NCBI GenBank assembly: GCA_964016885.1
Contig: OZ024740.1
Span: 41,788,001 to 41,852,000 of the forward strand
Reading direction: 5' to 3'
DNA from: Eledone cirrhosa
Lineage: Eukaryota
Length of the DNA: 64,000 bases
Part shown: positions 54,340-64,000 of the stretch, one piece after another
Numbering within the stretch: the first letter of the stretch is position 1
Layout: every line of letters begins with the position of its first letter
Made by a program: the position numbers and the translations under genes
Notes under the pieces: model-generated
Told to the model about the DNA's origin: nothing
The model's database searches: none
What the model saw: the letters and a program-made list of their open reading frames with translations, nothing else

Positions 54340-55295
54340 GGAATGGTTTCACCCACAGAATATTTGTAGTTCCAATATGACTAACAATGAAAGCTGACTC
54401 TTCATTAAGGAACGTGGACGACATCTTTGTATTCTGCTAACACCAATATATTTATAGAATAATTCAATTCACTACATTTTTCAATCAAGTTTACCTTAAG
54501 GAAGGAAAGCAATAGCTTATATATTCGTTTGTGTACTGGTGCAAAGATAGAAACAGAGCTTAGAAGTTGAGTGTATTAAAACCAAACAACCACTGGATAC
54601 TTACAGTAATTCTCCAACCAAGTGATGAGAAACGAATTACTACAGGTCTACAACATTAGATAAAATAGTATCGATTTGCCCCAATGAATAACTAATATCC
54701 AGCGCATCATATAAGTTAATTTCAAACACAAAGTAAAACTTAAACTAAACTCCACCTTACCACAAGAGAACCTGCAACATATAACGCCAGAACTGTATCG
54801 AAAGGAAATATCACACCTCACAGATTCATCATGAATGTTAAATACAAGATCTGTCGAAAGGAAACATCACATCACAGATTCATCATCAAAGTTAAATCTA
54901 TTTAGGTATGGCAAGAACATAAGCAATACATTTATAAAATTGTAGATGATCTTATAAAGAAGAAACTGGGAGGTCTCTTAAGATTAAATCATATGAACAC
55001 CGAGAAGGCTTAATGAGAAGGGAATCGCCGAATTTACGATCAGCAGGATAAGCTTCATGCTTATTACTCGTGTTCAATTATTACGTAAGATATCTTTTAC
55101 TACGAAGTTTGTTCTTCCTCTATCCCTCACAGCCGGCTCTTGTCATTAAATGAAATTCAGCGGTGTTCCAGCTAAAGACGGTTCAACTTTCATCTTTAGA
55201 AAGAATTTCAAACGAAATCGCAAGCAGTCTGGGACGACCATCTAGATGAAGACCTCTGTAGTACCTTTGCGGTGTTGAGGTCATGTTGAGATCAC
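54340..55295 (+). pseudogene. Heavily decayed Penelope-like element (RT plus GIY-YIG relic)
   Basis: LRNVDDIFVF around 54405-54434 (YVDD motif), IKFTLRKESNSL near 54485, SYKEETGRSLKIKSYEH near 54950 (YIGETGR..L..R..EH), and tagatgaa gacctc..gaggtc (stem II relic) at 55243-55282, in the expected order. Confidence 0.65.
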
Positions 55296-55734
55296 AGTTT
55301 ATGTTCTCAAGAATGTTATTTATGGAGTGGTGGTGCCTGAATGTAAATGATATATGAAATACATTATGTACCGGAGTACTGGTGTAATTAATATTTTATA
55401 TTTGATCAGGGATTTCAGATACCCTTTCGTATTTGTTGCTAGACAAACTTATATACTGCGGTTGAATGGGATTTATTTAATCAATAGAAAGCTAGAGGAA
55501 AGGTATTAAGAAAAATCAAAGAGATAGTCCATATAAAAGTAAAAACAGCGCCAAGGTCAACTTAGCCAATAGCAATATTATATAGATTAAGATGCTAGTA
55601 GGTAAGAGAAGCATTACTATTGATTTATAAGTAAAGGTTTCAAGTTCAAATCTTGTTTGGTACCATGCACATTCCCAGGAATAAGACATCAGATGACGAT
55701 AGAAATGTAGAATACATAGATGGAAATACTGACG

Positions 55735-55910
55735 TTTAGAAAGTACAAGGCCAGTAAATTTGGCGAAAGGGCAAAGTTGATTAAATCAATCCTAGTACTT
55801 GACTGGTACTTCATTTTATGATGGGATTTGAACTCAGACTGTAAAGGGTAGTAATTAAATGCTGCTTATCGTTTTGTCCGGTGCTCATACAAATCTGCCA
55901 ATCTACTATC
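55735..55910 (-). mobile_element. Old long-tail SINE copy
   Basis: acaaggccag...gactggtacttcattttat...gggatttgaactcaga...ctgccaatc. Confidence 0.65.
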
Positions 55911-56405
55911 CATACATGCAATTATTAAAATTAAATCTATAATCCAAACATTTATAATCTTACGGTACAAAAGGAGGTCTGAACCAAACTATATATCATA
56001 TGTTAGGATTTATTGACACAACTACATTATATTACGAGTGTTTATTTCATCGATCACGAATAGATCTGATGAAACTAGAGCTCAGTTGGATCACAGCTCA
56101 GAAACTAGCTTCATATCATGAATCACTTTATTCAGTTATTTATTCTCACCACCACCGACGCCGCCGCCACCATCGCCTTTGGGATATTGGCCATATTGTA
56201 TTTCGTAACACATGGTTTGCCATAACCCCTGTTTCCAATTTCCATTTCTATTTAACTGACTTAAGTACTTACAAGAAGAAACAGCACATCAGCAGTTGTT
56301 ATTGATTCCTTGGGATATACGTTTATGGAAATATGGAAGTTTGCCAATAGCGTTACTCAAGCAACACAGAAACACACACACACGCTGTATACGTAGATAT
56401 CTACA

Positions 56406-57593
<1,188 letters not shown>

Positions 57594-58049
57594 ATGGGAG
57601 AGAACAAGAGAGATGCAGTAAAAATGAAAGTGAAAACAAAAAGCAATAGAAAACAACAAAAACAAAAAAGAAATATTTTACCTATACTGAACATGGTCAA
57701 TGTTAACAAAGGAACACTGGCCTTCAGGCAAAAATTTCCGGTAAAATTTGTTGTAAATACGAAGTGGGAATGTACAGATGTTACAACAACTGTTGCCATT
57801 ATTGATTCTATTCTTTGCCAGTTGACACTCTAACTAAAACTAAAATGAGCGCAACAGCGAATACTTGATGTAAATAAGAATATCCAGTCGATATAAACTA
57901 TTTTAAAAAGAATATCTAGAGTTTTACTTGTAAAATGAACAGAAACGGTTGAATTTATAGAGCTTAGAGCAACACCAGCCAAAAGATCGGTGGTTTGGGA
58001 TTCTTCACTGGCGTGCCATCTTACCGCTGGTTAAAAATTAAATTAATTC

Positions 58050-58677
58050 ATAATTGTTTCTACTTTTTGGCGCAATACCAGAAATTTGAAGGGAAGGTGA
58101 AATTCGATTAGATCAACCCATTGCGTTACTGGTACTTTATTTTATATGTCCCGTAAGTTTGAAAGGCTAAGCTAACCTCAGCGGGATTTGGTCTCTGAAC
58201 GAAAAGGGCTGTAACTATTATATACCTCAAATCATGTTGTCCAACGCTCTACAAATTCTGCCAATCTACTGCCAATAAATCTGTAATAATAGTTTCTACT
58301 TTTGGCACAAGGCCAGCAATTATATCAGTGTATTACTGGTACTTTATTTTATCGAACCCGTAAGCATAAAAGGCAAAGTTAACCTCGGTGGCATTTGAAC
58401 TCAGACCACAAAGGGTCGTAACTCTTTGCTGCAAAGCATGGCATCCGACCCTCTACCGATACTGCCAATCCAGCACCCTCTATAATAATTTTTTCTACTT
58501 TTGGCACAAGGCCAGCAATTACCCAGTGCATTACTGGTACTTTATTTTATCGACCCCGTAAGGATGAAAGGCAAAGTTAACCTCGGAGGGATTTGAATTC
58601 AGAATGGCAAGGGCTGTAACTCTATGCGTCAAAGCATGGCGTACGACCCTCTACTGATACTGTCACTCTATAATAAT
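58050..58677 (-). mobile_element. Three head-to-tail SINEs (old copy 58050-58275; young copies 58290-58477 and 58487-58665)
   Basis: Consensus matches; ctctataataat duplicated at 58478-58489 and 58666-58677. Confidence 0.88.
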
Positions 58678-60159
58678 CAAGTCCATTTAGCAGAGTAAAA
58701 ATAACTCTGAGTGACATCGTTGATAGAAATATTCTCTTGTGAACCCGCTGCAAGTAATGGCAGCAGTGTAAAATGTAAAAAGAAAACCTGTTTGTGATTC
58801 CGAATATTATTTGTTTGTTCAGTACTCCAATGAGATGTTTGTTTTATGGAATCCCCCCTCTCTCTCTCCCCTCTCTCTCTCCCTCTCTCATTCTCTCTTT
58901 GTCTCCCTCTCGCTCTCTGTCTCTCTCTCTGTCTCAATTTCCATCTTCACACCAGATTACTCTTACTTCTTGTAACAAGGATATGACACAGGTCAATGGT
59001 GCCAAAGGCCCCATATTGAATATTTCTCGTGAATGCGGTCTGTAGACTAACAGGATCTAAGAAGAAGTCAATAGGGAAGATAACACACTGGTGGTTACTT
59101 CTGCTTATGAAAGGACAAATAATAAAATCGATCATCTAACAACAAATAGATAGACGAGGTAAAGAAGGTTTGTCAAATAAGGAACAGACTCAGGTAACAG
59201 ATATTTAAGAAAATAAACAAACAAATAATAAAAGAAAATGCCAAAAAACAAACAAAAATACAAAAACAAACACACAAACAAAATACCATCAAGTTACAAC
59301 TCTATGTATTTATTTGCCAGTTCATTCCAGTTAGCAAATCTTATTTTCTGTTGCCAGTGCCACATAATTGCAGCTTGTGTCTCCGCAATCACAAGAGAAA
59401 TAATTATCTAAACTATAATAAATTAAGGAGTGCGGGACTGCGTCCAGAATATTTTTTTTTATCCCGTTTGTAAAATAAGTTGGATCACTTTGAATAAATA
59501 ATGAATGAATATTACATAATTTATCTACTAAATTTCGTTATTCTTGATTAAATATAAATAATTTTATTGCATATCGGTTAGCGATCGCTTAAATAAACAT
59601 TCATATATTTCCGTCACTAATTTTCTCCTAATGCAGTTTATATATAATATCGTCTTTTTTAATGTATTATGGATTACGTTAGTGTTTACATAAGACAGTG
59701 TAACGCAGTCTTCGTGAATAATGTCTGTGAGAGTCTTCCCTATGATTTCTGTTTCTATTTTATCTTTCAGAGTTCCTTTAAGTTGCAACGCATTTATAGG
59801 TGACACCTTATAACAAACAACGAGGTCGTAGTCATTAGGAGATAGTAAATCAATCAGTGAATACAAGATTTATTAAATGATCTTTTAGATTTTTAAAGGT
59901 CTTTGCTATAATTACAGAAGGACATGCAATCACATATGGAGCCGTTTGCACACGAAGAGTCAATAACACATATACATATAAGTCTAATACATGTTTACTC
60001 GGAATGCGTGATAACGTCATATTTTCGGCATTATATTTCTCAAGTGAAATTACGTTTTGCGGCAGATTTTATACGGTGTCAAAATGATAAACTGTTTTAT
60101 TAAATTTCTAAAACATTTATTAATTCTCTATAAAACAATTTTTAAATCATTCTTTACAG

Positions 60160-60300
60160 GTCGGTGGATTGGCAGTATCGGTAGAGAGTCGGACACCATG
60201 TTTTCCAGCAAAGAGTTACGTCCCTTTACGGGGTCGATAAAATAAAGTACCAGTATTGTACTGGGTAATTGCTGGCCTTGTGCCAAAAATAGAAATAATA
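60160..60300 (+). mobile_element. SINE with internal deletion and 15-bp TSD
   Basis: attctttacaggtcg at 60149-60163 and 60301-60315; B-box segment deleted between two cc(t)ttacg microhomologies. Confidence 0.88.
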
Positions 60301-60530
60301 ATTCTTTACAGGTCGTTCTTCAAATGCAGAATAGTGGAGCGGCTGACAAAGTCCTTTGATATATTTAATTATATCTACTTACATTTTCTGTTCAAATCTC
60401 AGCGGGATCAATTTTGCTACTTCATCTTTTTAGGGGCAGATAATAGTAAAATATTACCAGTCAACTATTAAATTCGACTATATGTAGTCGTGTGTGTCAT
60501 GTCAACAATTATTATATCTCATTGATTTAG

Positions 60531-60720
60531 GGCGGTGGATTGGCAGTATCGGTAGAGGGTCGGACATCATGCTTTGACGCATAGAGTTACGGCCCTTTCC
60601 ATTCTGAGTTCAAATCCCGCCGAGGTCAACTTTGCCGTTCATCCTTACGGGGTCGATAAAATAAAGTACCAGTAATGTACTGAGTAATTGCTGGCCTTGT
60701 GCCAAAAGTAGAAACAATTA
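60531..60720 (+). mobile_element. tRNA-derived SINE, full length
   Basis: Consensus match. Confidence 0.92.
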
Positions 60721-60990
60721 TATCTCATAAATTTATAATAAAAAATATTTAACATTTTAAGAATGCATCTGTAAGAAATAGTATCTTAATATAGGCATAG
60801 CAGAATATTTTAAAGGAAAAATAAATATAAAAAAAATATTCTTGCAATTTTTAAAATATCATATCAAACAACATTCAGGACAACAATAGCTACATTATTT
60901 ATCCTTCAAATTGCTGGAAGCTAAAACAATCACAAGATACAAAAAAGAGGAATCTAGATCTCTCTCATTAATTGTGATTAATTATATAGA

Positions 60991-61170
60991 TAATTGTTTC
61001 TACTTTAGGCACAAGGCCAGCAATTACCCAGTGCATTACTGGTACTTTATTTTATCGACCCCGTAAGGATGAAAGGCAAAGTCAACCTCGGCGGGATTTG
61101 AACTCAGATCGTAAAGGGACGTATCTATGCTGGAAAGCATGGCGTCCGACCCTCTACTGATACTGCCAAT
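60991..61170 (-). mobile_element. tRNA-derived SINE
   Basis: Consensus match, reverse orientation. Confidence 0.92.
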
Positions 61171-62564
61171 ACGAAAACATTCCTTCAAAAGCAGCTGATC
61201 CAAAAGCATTGTCAAGACAATAGCTCTTCTTATTTCTGTAGCTACCATGACTGCTTTCATAGCTATTCAACCACTGCTCTCCAGCCATCTATTTGACAGA
61301 GGGGATGTGCACAACTATGAAGACTGCTTACTAGCTTCTGCAAATTAGTGATATTCTCTTGTTTCTGTCTCTCATTGGTAAGAACAGTTGAGTTCTCTGC
61401 AGTGGCTGGCCGAAACATGCGACAAATTTCAAGCAAACACTCATATGAAATATTTCTTTTTAAAGATTCCCTCATTAATCTTTGGCTCTAATAAGACCCT
61501 AAAACATAGGTCAGCGGTTTAATTATACATTGCATATCTACATAGTAGTTTGTTAAATACACCACAGTTTCTTGCCAATAAATTAGAATACGTTTTGAGT
61601 ATGATGATTATATATACTAGCAGAAAAACCACCCTTCGGATGGTTTTCTGCTAGCATATGTAGTTTGCATATTGATATTATACGCAAGAATATATGCATA
61701 TAGATATGATACATCAAATAAAATCGTAATTGACAATATACACAGAAATTGAACGAAGACTGCGTTACACTGTCTTATGTAATCAGTAACGTAATCCATG
61801 ATTAAAAAAAGACGATATTATATATAAACTGCATTAGGAGACAATTAGTGACGAAAATATATGAATGTTTATTTATTATTTGTCTCGCATTCCTTTCTTT
61901 ATTATAGTTAAGATATTATCTATTATGGCTAAGTGAAAGTTCATGACCTAGTATGGTGAATCCCCAGATTTTCATACATTTCTCTTTCTTTCTCCCAATA
62001 TATTTGATTATTCGATTATCAGTAGCTGTTCATATTTCTTCATTATATTATTAAATATAGTATATTTGATTTTCATGCTACGATGTTTACATTTAAATAC
62101 AATTTGTTTTAGATAAGGTTATAAAATAGTACATGTTAGTATGTCTTCATTAATTTCACTGCAATTGTAGCCATTTTTATTTGAATTTTGGTATATATAC
62201 CACTATGCACAATTTGTGATATACTTATACTTACATCTTATTGTATTCTTCATATAACATATCTTTTAAGTGTATATCTATATATATATATTTGAATTTG
62301 TACCTATATGCATATCTCTATACATGTATGCGCATCTACCTACTACTTACCTATCCATCCAACCATACATACAAACACACACACATATACATATAAATAC
62401 GAAAAGTAAATGAATAGACAACATAGGGAAAAGATACAGTACAATGAAGATATATTTAGTTTATCCTATATATGTGTATATGTACACACACACACACACA
62501 CACACAAACATACACATACGCACATGAATATATATAGGCATAAATATATATATATATATATATA

Positions 62565-62740
62565 TAGGAAAAAGTATGACCCCGACGGCAGAGCTCAAGC
62601 CGTTTCTGAAATAGCCGTCGAAACGGCTTGAGCTCTGCCGTCGGGGTCATACTTTTTCCTATTTCCCACTCTACTACCCTAAGTATTGAGTACTCTGGTG
62701 CGTTATAGTCCATCTGGTTCCTTACCACAATTCCTTTGTT
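62565..62740 (+). mobile_element. Family E fold-back + tail element, copy 5
   Basis: Perfect ~42-bp inverted arms plus tail into (TA)n. Confidence 0.8.
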
Positions 62741-62770
62741 ATATATATATGTATATATATATATATATAT

Positions 62771-62940
62771 ATTAGAAATTATAAATTATAAGCTTTCACC
62801 GTATTTTAGACTAAAGAAACTTCTAGCTAGAAGTTTCTTTAGTCTAAAATACGGTGAAAGCTTATAATTTCTAATTTCTAATTTCAAGCTCGCGCACCGT
62901 TTCAAAAACATACTTACATGTTTACGTTTATAATTTGCTT
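62771..62940 (+). repeat. Perfect spacer-less 88-bp palindrome (62783-62870) with one-sided tail, in (TA)n
   Basis: 44-bp arms centred on ttctag|ctagaa; 11 more bp pair after one mismatch. Confidence 0.9.
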
Positions 62941-62952
62941 ATATATATATAT

Positions 62953-63132
62953 ACAATATATTAACAAATGGAAACTATATTTATAAAACCATATTTATTT
63001 TATTATTTATTATACATATTTCAAGGGCAACCAAGGCAAATTATGGTGCGCTTTCATCAGATAAAATACAGATTTGTTTTATAAATAAATATTGACATAC
63101 CCGAAAAAAAGACAACCTTAACGGTTGAAGCT
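62953..63132 (-). mobile_element. Penelope-like pseudo-LTR remnant, family A, copy 2
   Basis: Homologous to 238-403; joined to the R4-like element at an AGCT microhomology. Confidence 0.65.
63006..63065 (-). ncRNA. Minimal type-I hammerhead ribozyme motif, intact core
   Basis: tttat CTGATGA aag..25 nt..ctt GAAA tatgta TA ataaa; relative to the copy at 308-363 the length difference falls in loop II. Confidence 0.7.
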
Positions 63133-64000
63133 GTTCCCAGCAAGCATGCCTCTTGAAGCGTTCCAAAAAGCGGGGAGGGGCCAATTTTCTTTAACCATCC
63201 CTGGAAACTTTTTGAGATAGTACCTAGTGCGCCTATGACAATCGGGACCACTTTGACTTCATGGCAGTTCCAAATCCTTTTTACCTCCCACTTTAAGTTC
63301 TGGTATCGGTTAATTTTCTCCCTCTCCTTCTCTTGCACTCTCGTGACAAATGGGCAGGCTACATCCACAATTAGACACGATCTTTTTTCCTTGTCCAAAA
63401 CCACCAGGTCAGGTCTATTGTGTTCCAGTTTCTTGTCCGTCTGTATCCTAAAATCCCACAGCATATTCACCTGATCGTTTTCTATCACCGACTCTGGCTT
63501 ATGCTCATACCACTTCTCAGAATGCGGTAAATTGATTACTTTGCATAGATGCCAGTGGATCACCCTGCCATTCACATCATGTCTCCAGCCTTTATAGTGA
63601 GTCTGGGCTAGGTGTTTACACTTGGATACAATGTGAGCCACAGTCTCCTCTCTCTCCCCACAGATCCTGCACAGTGGGCTAGCCTCCTCCTTGTAAATAT
63701 GGTGTTTCAGCCACTTCGTTTTGAGGGCCTGCTCTTGCGCAGCCATTAGAATTCCTTCTGTAGCCTTTTTAAGGTCTCCTCTTTTCAACCAGTTTCATGT
63801 CTGTGGATCTCTGAATTCAGTTTTCTCAAAGAAGGTACTATGAAGGGATTTTTCATGAAGGCTGCTCTTTCTCCTCGTTGTTATTTCCTCCTTGGACATC
63901 CCCTGGTCTATAGTCCTCTCCTTCAGTACAATTCTGAGCATTGGCTCCTTACTATTAGTCACGTATTTGTGTAGGTTGTTTTTCTCCATCTGAACACATT
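63129..64000 (-). mobile_element. R4/Dong-like (R2 superfamily) non-LTR retrotransposon, C-terminal part, inactivated
   Basis: AAQEQAL, CCHC knuckle CRIC..ETVAHIVSKC, RHD, RLE motif NRPDLVV..LIVDVACP..EKINRY, VPIVIGALG; in-frame TGA at 63795-63797; 3' end replaced by another element; continues past the window edge. Confidence 0.9.

Larger units (their letters stand above)
59400..61920. mobile_element. Putative ~2.5-kb non-autonomous DNA transposon with long terminal inverted repeats and three nested SINEs
   Basis: 59590-59715 is inverted at 61753-61875, and 59400-59439 is inverted at ~61881-61920. Confidence 0.6.

Noticed and set aside
57660-59200. Non-repetitive segments that could be upstream exons or a promoter of the GPCR
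   Set aside because: No unambiguous splice-site pair or coding signal; needs transcript data.
63795-63797. In-frame TGA in the R4-like ORF as programmed readthrough or selenocysteine
   Set aside because: A TGG-to-TGA nonsense mutation at a likely Trp position in a truncated copy is the simpler explanation; no SECIS-like element was seen.

Overview
Eukaryotic, very AT-rich, microsatellite-dense genomic DNA. The repeat content (tRNA-derived SINEs, long (TA)n/(CA)n tracts) suggests an octopus or other cephalopod, which is an inference. There is one convincing host gene: a single-coding-exon class A GPCR of the FMRFamide/sex-peptide-receptor-like group (21230-22336, minus strand). The rest is repeats: a ~16 kb satellite of 43-bp units with higher-order structure (33540-49580), about 13 copies of a young ~190-bp SINE, and fragments of L1/Tx1-like, CR1-group, CRE-like and R4/Dong-like LINEs plus MITE-like and Helitron-like elements. 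The main signal is a set of more than a dozen short 'fold-back + tail' elements, nearly all embedded in (TA)n tracts. Many carry minimal type-I hammerhead ribozyme motifs (CUGANGA-stem II-GAAA-short or palindromic stem III-NUH), some with intact cores and one with a compensatory U3:A8 pair. Two Penelope-like (GIY-YIG) retroelement relics end in the same kind of motif, pointing to these as pseudo-LTR remnants of several TA-targeting Penelope-like families. Most ORFs in the supplied track are microsatellite artefacts. All folds and alignments were done by eye.
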